A stretch of DNA of 64,000 nt from an uncultured Balneola sp. (lineage in GTDB: Bacteria > Bacteroidota > Rhodothermia > Balneolales > Balneolaceae): positions 14,257 to 78,256 of the forward strand of contig CAXBHO010000002.1 of the NCBI GenBank assembly GCA_963975485.1, given 5' to 3'. Below the pieces are notes generated by a model. The model searched no databases, had not been told where the DNA came from, and saw only the letters and a list, made by a program, of their open reading frames with translations. The position numbers and the translations under genes are program-made. Numbering within the stretch: position 1 is the stretch's first letter; every line of letters starts with the position of its first letter. Below are positions 32,312 through 42,243 of this stretch, piece after piece.

Positions 32312-33661
32312 TTGAAAATAATAAAGAAACTAAATTCTATTCTTATTGAAAAGATTGGTTTGAGAGGTCAAGACGAAAAACTTCTTATATCCGGTTCTGC
32401 CAACATAATTATTATAAAAATTTTTGGCTTATTAATTGGTTTTGGAGTACAGATTTTGTTGGCAAGAGTGATGGGAGTTAATGAATATGGAGATTATATT
32501 TATGTTTTAACTTGGATTAATTTAGTAGGTTTATTTTCCAAATTTGGGTTTGATAGCGCATCAAAGAAGTTTTTACCAATATTATATACTCAAGAAAATT
32601 GGAGTGGTTTATTTGGGTATGTAAGATACACATCTAAGTTTGTATTTATTACGGGATTGCTTTTTGTATTAACTTCAGTTCTTTCCGCATATTTTTTTGA
32701 TAGAAACCAACTTAGCTTAATTTTTTTAGCAGGTGCTTTTGTGTTATTGATCAATAACCAATTAGGTTTATTTTCATCATTTCTTGAGGCAATTCGAGAG
32801 TTTTATAAAAGCTTGATCCCTACAAATATCATCAGACCTTTAGGAATTGTTCTCGGAGTAGTAATCTATTATATAGTTTCTGAGTCAGTAAAAAGTGAAT
32901 ACGTAATGTATATAAATGCAGTTTCTACATTGTTTGCATTAGTAATTGCATATGGATGGCTAAAAAGCAGCACTAAAAGCCCTGATGAAAGTATTTCAAC
33001 CACAATTGACGACAAAAAGGAATGGAGAAATATCTCTTATTCGCTTCTGTTAGTTTCAGGAATACATATTGTTTTAAACGAAATGGATACCATTATACTT
33101 GGAATATTGATTTCAACTGAGTCAGCTGGGGTCTATAAATCTGCTATCAAAATAGGTCATCTTGCATTATTTGGCTTTAATGCTGTAGAACTGGTTATAG
33201 CACCAACTATAGCAAAATTATACGCAGAAAATGATAGTATAGGAATTCAACAAATTGTGTCAAAAGGGGTGCTTATAATGATGGCTGTTAGCTTTCCTCT
33301 TTTAATCTTTTTGTGGTTTTTTGGAGGAAGTATTTTATTACTTTATGGACCAGAGTTTTTAATAGGTTTCACATCAATGAAGATTTTATTGGTATGCCAA
33401 GTAATAAATGTTATTACAGGATCAGTGATAAACCTAATGACAATGACAAAGTACCAAAAAGAAACGCTTTATGTTTTTAGTATGTCATTAGTATTCAACT
33501 TGGTACTTAATCTGGTATTAATTCCTATTTATGGAATGGAGGGAGCAGCTTGGGCAACCGGTATAACAACTATTGTTTGGAATATCACTGCTTTATTATT
33601 TATCAGAAAAAAATTAAAGGTAGATCCCTCTATTTTTCATTATTTTAAAAAAACTATTTAA
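32312..33661 (+). CDS. Oligosaccharide flippase (Wzx/MOP superfamily)
   Basis: 449 aa with about 12 TM helices. Polysaccharide-biosynthesis protein architecture within a GT cluster. Confidence 0.75.
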   Translation: MKIIKKLNSILIEKIGLRGQDEKLLISGSANIIIIKIFGLLIGFGVQILLARVMGVNEYGDYIYVLTWINLVGLFSKFGFDSASKKFLPILYTQENWSGLFGYVRYTSKFVFITGLLFVLTSVLSAYFFDRNQLSLIFLAGAFVLLINNQLGLFSSFLEAIREFYKSLIPTNIIRPLGIVLGVVIYYIVSESVKSEYVMYINAVSTLFALVIAYGWLKSSTKSPDESISTTIDDKKEWRNISYSLLLVSGIHIVLNEMDTIILGILISTESAGVYKSAIKIGHLALFGFNAVELVIAPTIAKLYAENDSIGIQQIVSKGVLIMMAVSFPLLIFLWFFGGSILLLYGPEFLIGFTSMKILLVCQVINVITGSVINLMTMTKYQKETLYVFSMSLVFNLVLNLVLIPIYGMEGAAWATGITTIVWNITALLFIRKKLKVDPSIFHYFKKTI

Positions 33662-33725
33662 GTATTCAGGCAATTTGCTACTTAAATCCACATCATGACA
33701 ATCATAACATATTACCTAAATTACT

Positions 33726-34910
33726 TTGAGCCAAAATAAAACTTTTGATTTACTTGATACACTGATCGTAATTGCAAAACATAAATTATTCATAGTTGGT
33801 GTTGTGCTTACTTCTACTATTTTGGCACTTATTATTGCTTTGACTTGGCCAAAAACATATCAATCTACCTCTGAAGTTATCCAAACAAGAGAGAGCGTGG
33901 GTAGCTTGGGTAGTTTGCTGGAAAATTTTGGCTCTTTGAGTTCAGGTCAAAATAAAATTGGTGGAGAGACAATTTTAGTAATACTAAATAGTGAATCTTT
34001 AAGATTAAGTATAATCGAAGAATTTGAACTGAATAAAGTTTATGGAACTGAAATTAAAGAAAGACTCCTGAAAATTTTAAGTGGCTCGATATATATAGAA
34101 GCATCAAGAGAAGGGGGCTTCGGATTTAACCCTATCGTATCTGTTAAAATTGCTGTAGAGGATGAAAAGCCTCAAAGAGCACAGGCTATTAATAGTTTTG
34201 TTATTGATCAACTAAAGGAAAAGATGGAGGGTTTAAACAAAGAGACTTCTATGGAAAGTCTTACCATTCTCGAAAAAAGATTAGCACAAAACCTTACAGA
34301 TCTTGAGAATTCAGAAAAAAAATTGAAAGAATTTCAAAATACTTATGGTCTTATACAGCTTGATTCTCAACTTGAATTGATAGTTGAAAACCTTGCGGAT
34401 ATAAAAGCTGAAATTATACAGAGAGAAGTGGAAATGAATTATCTAAGAGAAAATTTGACTTCAAATTCTAATCAGCTAAAAAAATTAGAGGCTGAGAAAA
34501 AAGCTTTGGAAATGCAATATCAAAAACTGATTTCAAAATCAGAAGATTTTGAAATAAAAAATGATGGATTTTATCCTTTACAAGAGTTTCCTGATCTAAT
34601 GTACAGCTATTACATACTGAGAAGGGATGTCGAAATTCAGAATAAGATCTATCAAATACTGATACCGCAACTCGAGCAACAAAGACTTTATCTTCAAAAC
34701 CAGGGAAGCGGTATTAAACTCATTGACGAACCGGAACTGCCAACTTATAAACACTCACCTAAAAGAGCATATATTGTAATTGGAGGGTTCGCTTCTTCAC
34801 TATTAATCGCATTAGTGTTGGTATTTATTCGAGAGGCTCGAATTGATGAGGATAGTGAAATAGCAAAAAAATTAGAAGAATTTAAACATCAAATTACAAG
34901 ATTAAAATAA
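33726..34910 (+). CDS. Wzz/GumC-like polysaccharide chain-length determinant (no kinase domain)
   Basis: 394 aa. TM helix at each end, coiled-coil periplasmic region, P-x2-P-x4-SPKR-like segment (PTYKHSPKRAY). TTG start. Confidence 0.7.
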   Translation: MSQNKTFDLLDTLIVIAKHKLFIVGVVLTSTILALIIALTWPKTYQSTSEVIQTRESVGSLGSLLENFGSLSSGQNKIGGETILVILNSESLRLSIIEEFELNKVYGTEIKERLLKILSGSIYIEASREGGFGFNPIVSVKIAVEDEKPQRAQAINSFVIDQLKEKMEGLNKETSMESLTILEKRLAQNLTDLENSEKKLKEFQNTYGLIQLDSQLELIVENLADIKAEIIQREVEMNYLRENLTSNSNQLKKLEAEKKALEMQYQKLISKSEDFEIKNDGFYPLQEFPDLMYSYYILRRDVEIQNKIYQILIPQLEQQRLYLQNQGSGIKLIDEPELPTYKHSPKRAYIVIGGFASSLLIALVLVFIREARIDEDSEIAKKLEEFKHQITRLK

Positions 34911-34911
34911 T

Positions 34912-36324
34912 TTGAACATTACTTTAAATCGCATTACATATTTATACGCAGTTATTTCAGGAATTGTACCAGTGCTTCTTTTTTCGATTTTCGGATCAAA
35001 GATCGTAATCTTGTTTGGTGGGTTCGCGGCTTTAGGGTTCTATATATATTCTTTTCAAAATGAAAAAAATTGGTTTTTACTTCTTCCAATAATTATAGGT
35101 ATGTATTCAGGTGGGGTTGCAAATTTTTCTGATAATACATCAATCCCTATAACACTTTTTCAGCTTGCTTTAATTACTGGAATTCTAGTATTTGTTCTTT
35201 CAAGGTTAAATACAAAAGATTTTACATTTAACTCGTCCGGTTACACTAAAGTATTTTTTCTGTTTTTAAGCTTCATCTCATTTTCTCTCATTTACTCAGT
35301 AGACAAGAGTAATGCATTACTAAATTTTTTCAGGATCATAGTATTATTTGGGTTCGTTTTTTTTATAAATAATGTTGTTAACAGTAAAGAACAAATTACA
35401 AGAATATTGATCACAGTGAGTGCTATGGCTGTGATTATTTCAATTTTTTCTATTGTAGAATATATAAAGAATCCTGATTTAGCTATTCAGAATTATTTAA
35501 GCGCAGGTACAAAATTAAGCCGTACAAACGCACTAGGAGCTTTTAGCGATCCTAACAGATTTGCCGCAGCTCTAATATTACCCAGTGCTTTTTTATTCAG
35601 TGTATTTAGTACCGCTAAAAATTCAAAGGAAATAGGTCTTGCTTTTGTTGGGTTTTTAATACTATTGGGAGGAGTAGCAACAACTTTTTCCCGAAGTGGA
35701 TTTGTTTCGATAGCGCTTGTAATTGGGGTTATAATTTTTAAAACAAATAAACTAAAACCTTTTCTGAGTTTAGCTATTGTTGGAACACTTATCGTGATGG
35801 TAGTTCCGAATTTAAGATTAATTGCATTTTCCTATCTTGGTAGGATATTAGACCTAATTCAAGGAAATATTGATACATCCGGGAGTATCAGAATTATGCT
35901 TGCTTTAGCGGCAATTGGAATGTTTGTCGACACTTATATGCTTGGAGTTGGCTTTGATTCCTTTGATGTAAAGTTTCGCGAATTTTTTACAACATTTGAA
36001 ACATTAGGGGTAGAGGAATCTCATAACATGTTTTTAACTATTCTCTCGGAATTAGGTTTGATCGGAATGATTCTGCTACTCTTCATTATATTCAATATAT
36101 TTCAAGACGCTTCGGGTTTAGTAAGAAATTCAAAGTCTATTACAGACAAGAGGATTTCGATAACAATTTATTCAAGTTTGATAGGTTTTCTGCTCTTCTA
36201 TCAGTTTTACGATGGGGCATTAATTGACAATATTTTAATGCTAGTTATCGGTTTATTGTTTTGTTCAGTACGATTTAATGCTGATGTTCAATCCTTAAAT
36301 AAAAAATCTATACTTGCTGAGTAA
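34912..36324 (+). CDS. O-antigen ligase/polymerase (Wzy-like) family membrane protein
   Basis: 470 aa with at least 10 TM helices. The loop [10 protein letters not shown] and the segment [17 protein letters not shown] are typical of the Wzy_C family. TTG start. Confidence 0.75.
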   Translation: MNITLNRITYLYAVISGIVPVLLFSIFGSKIVILFGGFAALGFYIYSFQNEKNWFLLLPIIIGMYSGGVANFSDNTSIPITLFQLALITGILVFVLSRLNTKDFTFNSSGYTKVFFLFLSFISFSLIYSVDKSNALLNFFRIIVLFGFVFFINNVVNSKEQITRILITVSAMAVIISIFSIVEYIKNPDLAIQNYLSAGTKLSRTNALGAFSDPNRFAAALILPSAFLFSVFSTAKNSKEIGLAFVGFLILLGGVATTFSRSGFVSIALVIGVIIFKTNKLKPFLSLAIVGTLIVMVVPNLRLIAFSYLGRILDLIQGNIDTSGSIRIMLALAAIGMFVDTYMLGVGFDSFDVKFREFFTTFETLGVEESHNMFLTILSELGLIGMILLLFIIFNIFQDASGLVRNSKSITDKRISITIYSSLIGFLLFYQFYDGALIDNILMLVIGLLFCSVRFNADVQSLNKKSILAE

Positions 36325-36329
36325 CGTGA

Positions 36330-36950
36330 GTTCGAGATAAGGATATTAAAAAAAAGCAGCAATTGTTTGGTATCGGTGAAGGTTTTTTTGAGGCTTGGTT
36401 TCTTTTCGGTAAAATGATAAGCAATGAGTCCGGAAAAAAGATTCGTCAGGAAGTTTTTGGGACTTTGATGGCGGGAATGTTCAATCTGGAATATGTTTTT
36501 GAGTTGGTCAATAGTGGTTTCACAAATGGCTCGTTTGCGCAGCATGATCGCATCCGCGATGAGGGTCAGCAAGTTGGTTTTCATATTTTTGCGGAGTTTA
36601 GTAACCAAGTGAATGCCCTGAAAGAATAAGTCCTCAAACAGTGCTTTAGAGATATAGCCTTTATCTCCAAAAAGTTTGCCAAAGAGCTTTTCTATAAACC
36701 CGGAGTGTTTGAGGGGGGGGGCAGTCATCGGTATTGCCCGGCGTCAGCATGACATCGATAATATGGCCGGTGTCGCTGGTCACCAGATGCAATTTAAACC
36801 CATAAACCAACCAATAGAACAGTGTCCGCGAGCGTCGAAGACCTTATGGGAGTGGATCCGTCGGTTATGACACACCCGCAGCGGAGTAGAGTCAATAAAA
36901 CTGATCCCGGTACAGGCCCCATTAATTAAAGCTTTAATACTTTACAACTC
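36330..36950 (-). pseudogene. IS982-family transposase remnant (N-terminally truncated, at least 2 frameshifts)
   Basis: Three frames carry consecutive IS982-like blocks. These are ISFIDSTPLRVCHNRRIHSHKVF..SIGWFMG, then [26 protein letters not shown], then [49 protein letters not shown]. One frame break lies at a G9 run (36713..36721). Confidence 0.75.
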
Positions 36951-36970
36951 AGAAATTTATATAATCAAAA

Positions 36971-38755
36971 TTATTTAATAAGCACCATTTTTTTTGTAGC
37001 AATCCAATTATTCGTGGTTATTCTATAAAAGTAAATACCAGAATTGAGATTAGTTGCATTAAATGAAATGTTATGGACTCCTTGCAACATTTTACTTTCT
37101 ACCAATACAGATACCTGCTTTCCTAAAATATCAAATACTTCCAGCTTTACATCAGTTTCATCAGCAAGCGTAAAAGATATATTAGTACTCGGATTAAATG
37201 GATTAGGATAATTCTGAGCAAGTTCAAATAAATAAACTTCCTCTTCTTTCTCTTCTCTAGTAACAAGATTAATTTTTGGTGTACTCAAATTATATACACC
37301 AGAAGAAAGAGCAGAAAAATAATACGTATTATTTTCATTTGAGTGCTTATCATAAAGAGAAATCCCCACCCCACTGGTTGGATATAAAACTACTCTAGTA
37401 TGCCAATCGTTATTTGTAGAAGAAGCTATTACGAGATCATATAGTCCATCAGCATCAAAATCTACATAACTCATTGCAGTAACTTTAAAATAGCTATCAG
37501 ACCAAACCTGATCTAATGCACCAGAGGAACTTGTAAATTCAAGTTTTTTAAGCCAAGAATTACTTCCTGAAGTTGCTAAATTTCCAGTCTCCTCACTTTC
37601 CATTTTAAATCGATAATGGGTTCCCGCTCCATCTTTAATTTTTGAAGCCATAAGTTCATCAAAGCCATCTCCATCAGAATCACCAGAGGAAAGACTAGAA
37701 AAATAATAAGATCCATTTGAAGCCCCATATTTTTCATAAAGAGTTATTTCTTGATAGTAAGGTTCAAATTGAAAAAGATTTACCTTTGTCTCCCAATTAT
37801 CTGCAGATGCATAAGCTATTACTAACTCATCATAACCATCTCCATTATAATCTCCATGTGTTGTAGCAGTAACTTTAGCGTAGTTACTTGTCCATACTTG
37901 ATCTAAGGAACCAGATCCACATGATGTACAGGCTATCCCTGAATATTCAAGTTTTTTAAGCCAAGAATTACTTCCTGAAGTTGCTAAATTTCCAGTCTCC
38001 TCACTTTCCATTTTAAATCGATAATGGGTTCCCGCTCCATCTTTAATTTTTGAAGCCATAAGTTCATCAAAGCCATCTCCATCAGAATCACCAGAGGAAA
38101 GACTAGAAAAATAATAAGATCCATTTGAAGCCCCATATTTTTCATAAAGAGTTATTTCTTGATAGTAAGGTTCAAATTGAAAAGGACTTACCTTTGTCTC
38201 CCAATTATCTGCAGATGTATAAGCTATTACTAACTCATCATATCCATCTCCATTATAATTTCCATGTGTTATAGCAGTAACTTTAGAATAGTTGCTTGTC
38301 CAAATATTAGTTAATTCCTGATATGAACCAGAATTATGCAAAATATTTGTAGAAGAAGGGTTGTCATCAAGTCTATATCTATAATAAGTACCTGAAGCAT
38401 CCTTAATTTTAGTTGCTTGAAGCTCCTCTTTAGCAATTGAAGCATCACTTTCATTCAATTCAAAAAGCTTTACCTCCCACGGAGAAAAGCTTTCTCTTAG
38501 AACTCCATCTCTAACATAAATTTCAATAGAAGTTAGTGCTGCTAGTCCTGAATTAATGGAGACTTCTTTTGCTATATTTATAAATTTTAAAGGTGAGAAA
38601 CTTCCACCTTTAGGAAGTGTTTTTAAACTTACCCATCCGTTTTGAATAGTATTACCAGTTACATTTGCAGCTATTAATAGATATTTGGTAGTATCTACTT
38701 TATTTCGCTTTAATATATAGTAGGGAGTTCTATAAATTAAATGTTTGATTATCAA
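36971..38755 (-). CDS. FG-GAP/VCBS-like repeat protein with T9SS C-terminal sorting domain (possibly 5'-truncated)
   Basis: 594 aa. The C-terminus NYPNPFNPSTNISF...SGIYFYRI matches the Por_Secre_tail pattern. There are three DxDGDG-type repeat modules. No signal peptide is present. The only start is a TTG directly preceded by TAA. Confidence 0.7.
   Translation of the reverse strand: MIIKHLIYRTPYYILKRNKVDTTKYLLIAANVTGNTIQNGWVSLKTLPKGGSFSPLKFINIAKEVSINSGLAALTSIEIYVRDGVLRESFSPWEVKLFELNESDASIAKEELQATKIKDASGTYYRYRLDDNPSSTNILHNSGSYQELTNIWTSNYSKVTAITHGNYNGDGYDELVIAYTSADNWETKVSPFQFEPYYQEITLYEKYGASNGSYYFSSLSSGDSDGDGFDELMASKIKDGAGTHYRFKMESEETGNLATSGSNSWLKKLEYSGIACTSCGSGSLDQVWTSNYAKVTATTHGDYNGDGYDELVIAYASADNWETKVNLFQFEPYYQEITLYEKYGASNGSYYFSSLSSGDSDGDGFDELMASKIKDGAGTHYRFKMESEETGNLATSGSNSWLKKLEFTSSSGALDQVWSDSYFKVTAMSYVDFDADGLYDLVIASSTNNDWHTRVVLYPTSGVGISLYDKHSNENNTYYFSALSSGVYNLSTPKINLVTREEKEEEVYLFELAQNYPNPFNPSTNISFTLADETDVKLEVFDILGKQVSVLVESKMLQGVHNISFNATNLNSGIYFYRITTNNWIATKKMVLIK
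37543..38300. repeat. Internal 408-bp (136-codon) tandem duplication inside the FG-GAP gene
   Basis: 37543..37785 and 37951..38193 are identical by eye. The flanks diverge by scattered substitutions. Confidence 0.9.
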
Positions 38756-38797
38756 TTATTTATCACTATATTTCGGTATCAAAAACCAGATAAAAAC

Positions 38798-39058
38798 ATG
38801 GCTAAACACATATACTAATCGACCGGAAAGAAATCATTGTTTGACGAGCAGTTTTCTGTTGAAAAATTATCAGAAATGGGTAATCCGTTAGATAAACTCA
38901 GTACGGCCATTAATTTTGAACTGTTCCGGCAAGTATTAGAGAGCAAGCTCCTAAATACTGCCAAGAAAAATAATGCAGGGGCAAAGCCGTTTGATGTGGT
39001 TTTTATGTTTAAGATATTGATATTACAACGCTATTACGGATTAGGAGATATCCAAGAG
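38798..39058 (+). pseudogene. IS5-family transposase N-terminal fragment (in-frame TAA at codon 7, 3' part lost)
   Basis: MAKHIY*STGKKSLFDEQFSVEKLSEMGNPLDKLS...NAGAKPFDVVFMFKILILQRYYGLGD matches the conserved N-terminal domain of IS5/IS1182-type transposases. Confidence 0.65.
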
Positions 39059-39370
39059 ACCTTAGGTGTTTCAGAGCCTCACAATATTACATATGCAATT
39101 TTTGCAGAATTAGGGCTTATTGGAGGATTTTTATTATTAATAACATCTTTATTCAAGGATGCTTACGAGAACATTAAAAACTCAAGCGACCAAATTAATA
39201 AAATAATATCTGTAAGTCTTTTTAGCTCACTTTTTGGTTATCTTTTATTTTATCAGTTTTATGATGGGGCGCTTTATGATGCTAAACTAATGCTAAATAT
39301 CTCACTAATTATTTGCCATAAAAATATTTTATCTGGAAGAGAGCCTTACAACCTTCTTACAGCTACGTAA
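39056..39370 (+). pseudogene. 3' remnant of a second Wzy-like O-antigen polymerase gene, fused in frame to the IS5 fragment
   Basis: ETLGVSEPHNITYAIFAELGLIGGFLLL...[16 protein letters not shown] aligns with the C-terminus of ORF 34912..36324 ([28 protein letters not shown]...[16 protein letters not shown]). Confidence 0.65.
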
Positions 39371-39422
39371 GTGGTTATAATTCCTGTGATAGTTGATATT
39401 TAGCTAAAATCAGTTGCGTTCT

Positions 39423-41216
39423 TTATCTTCTTATAGCCACAATAGTTGTGATTACCCCTGCTATAGCAGAAATTCCTCCCAGTATTAAACTAACACGACT
39501 GTTTTTTAAATTTTCACGTTGTATCTGATAATTTCTTCCTGTACTTACATCTTCGAGAGGTTGTCGATCTACAAAAACAATATCACCCGATTCAATTTCT
39601 TTACTGCCTGCCTTATACCATGTTCTGCTACCGGCTTTTATAATAAAAATACGATCGAGGTCTGCTGCTAAAGTCATTCCGCCGGCATCTGAGATATAAT
39701 TTTGAGCATCTTGTTGAGGCTGAAAGCTATACAAGCCGGGGTTATTAACCTGTCCCATTAAAGTAACCGAATGGGTATTTTTTGGAATATAAATTTTGTC
39801 TCCGTCAGCAATAGTAGTTGATTGCAGCACTTGAGAACTTGTTAAGTTCAGTGGAACCCTGTTTATTCCTAATGTTCTTTCAAGATCTAAATAATCAAAT
39901 CCCTCCAGAAAGGAATCAGTAGTTCTTGTAAGTAAAACAGGATTAAAATTATTTGCGTCAGGCACGTCTTTTTGATTAATGTCATTTCTTATCAGGTAAG
40001 CACCATTTGGAAGTGCCTCAGAAGTAAGCCCTCCGGCCTGGTTTATAATATTATCAACAGATGTACTACCTTCAGTTATAAAATAGTTTCCGGGAGCTGT
40101 AACTTCTCCCAATACCCAAACAGAGGAAGTTTTTTCTAGATTATTAAACGGAATAATGACATTGCTATTTGGCGTTAGTTTAATTTCTTCAAATAAATTC
40201 GCTGAATAACGATTGCTATTACTTTGAGATGTATTTAAATATACAAACGAAGAATCTGCATCATAACGTATTCCACCCCCAATCGATATCAGATCTTCAA
40301 TTGTGTCCCCCGGTTTGTATGGAACTCGTATAGGGTTATTTATTGCTCCTGAAATACTAACAAAAGGATAATGCTCTGTATAATTTGAAATGTAAATACG
40401 ATCTCCATCACGGATGTATGGATTTTTTGACTGATCTCCACTCAATAGATAACCTTGCAAATCAATAAGTAAATAATCATCATTTTTTGAAGTTACTTTA
40501 AGATTTCTAAGATTATACTGAGAAGACAGATTCTTGTATTCTGCTGAAAACTGGTTTTTTTCACTATCATCAACAAAACCTTCAATCCTGTTTAAGTTAA
40601 GTCCTGTAAAAGTAGTTCGTTCATTTACGTTTGTTTGTTGAGTTAATTTATTAAAAGGAATGAGGGGAATTTTGGCCTGACCATCAATGCTTATTCCTGT
40701 AACTAAAAAATCAAATCTTGTACCAGCAGGTAACACATAGCGCCCCGGGTTTGGAATATTGCCACCAACATGAACAGTTACAGGTCTGGGACGATCAATT
40801 GTGACGGATACGGTAGTATTTTTTAATTGTTGATCAAATTCTGAAATGATTTTTTTAGAAGCTTCTTTTAAAGTCAAACCTTTTACTGAAACTATACCCA
40901 ATGTTGGAATGGCTAAGTCTCCTAAAGGATTGATCATTAATGCACGGTACGCAAACTCAACTAAACCGTTTCCATAAATAGAAAGCACATCGTTTGGTCC
41001 AAGAAGATATTCGTCCGGATTTAAATAATCATCAATAGGCGTGAGATTAGTTCCTAAAGAAAGAGTTACTTGATCTACAAAATAGGTGTTAAATCCAGAA
41101 TTAGTTCCTACCTGCTCACTCTGATTATTCCTTTGCTGAGCAAATAATGTGCTTATTGAAAAAGTTGAAAAAAAGAGTAAAAAAAATAAGCACTTAAAAA
41201 ACTTGTTTTTAGACAT
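39423..41216 (-). CDS. Polysaccharide export protein (Wza-like, Poly_export + SLBB domains)
   Basis: 597 aa with a signal peptide, LGPNDVLSI (Poly_export motif), repeated SLBB-like segments and a C-terminal TM helix. Confidence 0.8.
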   Translation of the reverse strand: MSKNKFFKCLFFLLFFSTFSISTLFAQQRNNQSEQVGTNSGFNTYFVDQVTLSLGTNLTPIDDYLNPDEYLLGPNDVLSIYGNGLVEFAYRALMINPLGDLAIPTLGIVSVKGLTLKEASKKIISEFDQQLKNTTVSVTIDRPRPVTVHVGGNIPNPGRYVLPAGTRFDFLVTGISIDGQAKIPLIPFNKLTQQTNVNERTTFTGLNLNRIEGFVDDSEKNQFSAEYKNLSSQYNLRNLKVTSKNDDYLLIDLQGYLLSGDQSKNPYIRDGDRIYISNYTEHYPFVSISGAINNPIRVPYKPGDTIEDLISIGGGIRYDADSSFVYLNTSQSNSNRYSANLFEEIKLTPNSNVIIPFNNLEKTSSVWVLGEVTAPGNYFITEGSTSVDNIINQAGGLTSEALPNGAYLIRNDINQKDVPDANNFNPVLLTRTTDSFLEGFDYLDLERTLGINRVPLNLTSSQVLQSTTIADGDKIYIPKNTHSVTLMGQVNNPGLYSFQPQQDAQNYISDAGGMTLAADLDRIFIIKAGSRTWYKAGSKEIESGDIVFVDRQPLEDVSTGRNYQIQRENLKNSRVSLILGGISAIAGVITTIVAIRR

Positions 41217-41219
41217 GTA

Positions 41220-42146
41220 TCAAGATGTTTTTAATTTGACCGGCAATCTCGCCATTACAATTCCCGCAATAACAGAAAGTGCACCAATATATTGAAATAG
41301 AGTGAGTACTTCATCTAAAATAATCACTCCAAAGATTAAACCCAGAACCGGCACTAAATTTTGATAAGTTGCGGTTCTTACAGCTCCAATTTTCACAATT
41401 CCATTGTTCCAAATCAAATAAGCCAAACCTACAGAAAGCAATCCGCTATAGATTACTCCACCATAAGCTTTAGGAGAGATAGAACTCCAGTTTAGTTCAA
41501 TTAAAAAAGGAATCCCAATTATAAAAAGACAGATAAATCCGATTAATGACATAAATGCTGAAAATTGGGTAGAGTTATAGAATGTTAAATACTTCTTAGA
41601 AAAGATAGTGTAAACTGCCCAAACTACGGCAGAAAGAATGGTAATTATATCACCCAAAAAAGTCTCTGATTGAAAAGAGATTTCATTATCTCCACCGATA
41701 ACTATAAAAGCAACGCCTGCAAATGCAAATACTACTCCTACAGATTTCAAGACAGTGAGTTTTTCTTCGGTAAAAAACTGAGATAATAAAGCTACCCAAA
41801 TCGGGATTGTGCCCAGCATAACGGATGCATTTGCAGCTTTGGTTAGATTTATCCCGATGATGAACAATAATTGGTACAACAAATTGCCAACCAAGCCAAT
41901 GCCAACCAAAGTCCAAAAATGCTCTTTTTTTACCCGTAGCGAAAAGCCTTTCTTAACTGTAGCGATATAAAGAAACCCAAAGGCCAGAAAAAAACGAATA
42001 GCATTAAAGCTAAATGGATCAAATTCTGCAAGGGAGATCTTAACCACACTGAAATTGAGCGCCCAAATAATGGCGACACCTATCAAAGTAAGGTCGGTAA
42101 AATATTTCTTTATCAAGCCTGTAAATTTATGAACCTGAGTTCCCAC
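41220..42146 (-). CDS. EamA/DMT family transporter
   Basis: 308 aa, 10 TM helices, two EamA repeats. The GTG start at 42146 lies inside a dispersed repeat copy. A TTG near 42113 (MIKKYF...) is an alternative start. Confidence 0.8.
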   Translation of the reverse strand: MGTQVHKFTGLIKKYFTDLTLIGVAIIWALNFSVVKISLAEFDPFSFNAIRFFLAFGFLYIATVKKGFSLRVKKEHFWTLVGIGLVGNLLYQLLFIIGINLTKAANASVMLGTIPIWVALLSQFFTEEKLTVLKSVGVVFAFAGVAFIVIGGDNEISFQSETFLGDIITILSAVVWAVYTIFSKKYLTFYNSTQFSAFMSLIGFICLFIIGIPFLIELNWSSISPKAYGGVIYSGLLSVGLAYLIWNNGIVKIGAVRTATYQNLVPVLGLIFGVIILDEVLTLFQYIGALSVIAGIVMARLPVKLKTS

Positions 42147-42243
42147 AAAGTGATGCCTTTGGCAGAACTCAGCTTATGAGATAGAAAATACGGTAATCAA
42201 TGGTATGAACCGATGCAATTCGTACAAACTTGCTAAATGTGGA

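Noticed and set aside
36363-36870. Plus-strand ORFs of 88 and 64 aa
   Set aside because: They are antisense to the IS982 transposase remnant, whose homology is on the minus strand.
37543-38300. The FG-GAP internal repeat as a diversity-generating retroelement TR/VR pair
   Set aside because: Differences between the copies are not adenine-specific (A>G, T>C, C>T, A>T and G>A are all seen). No reverse transcriptase is nearby, and both copies are in frame within one gene.
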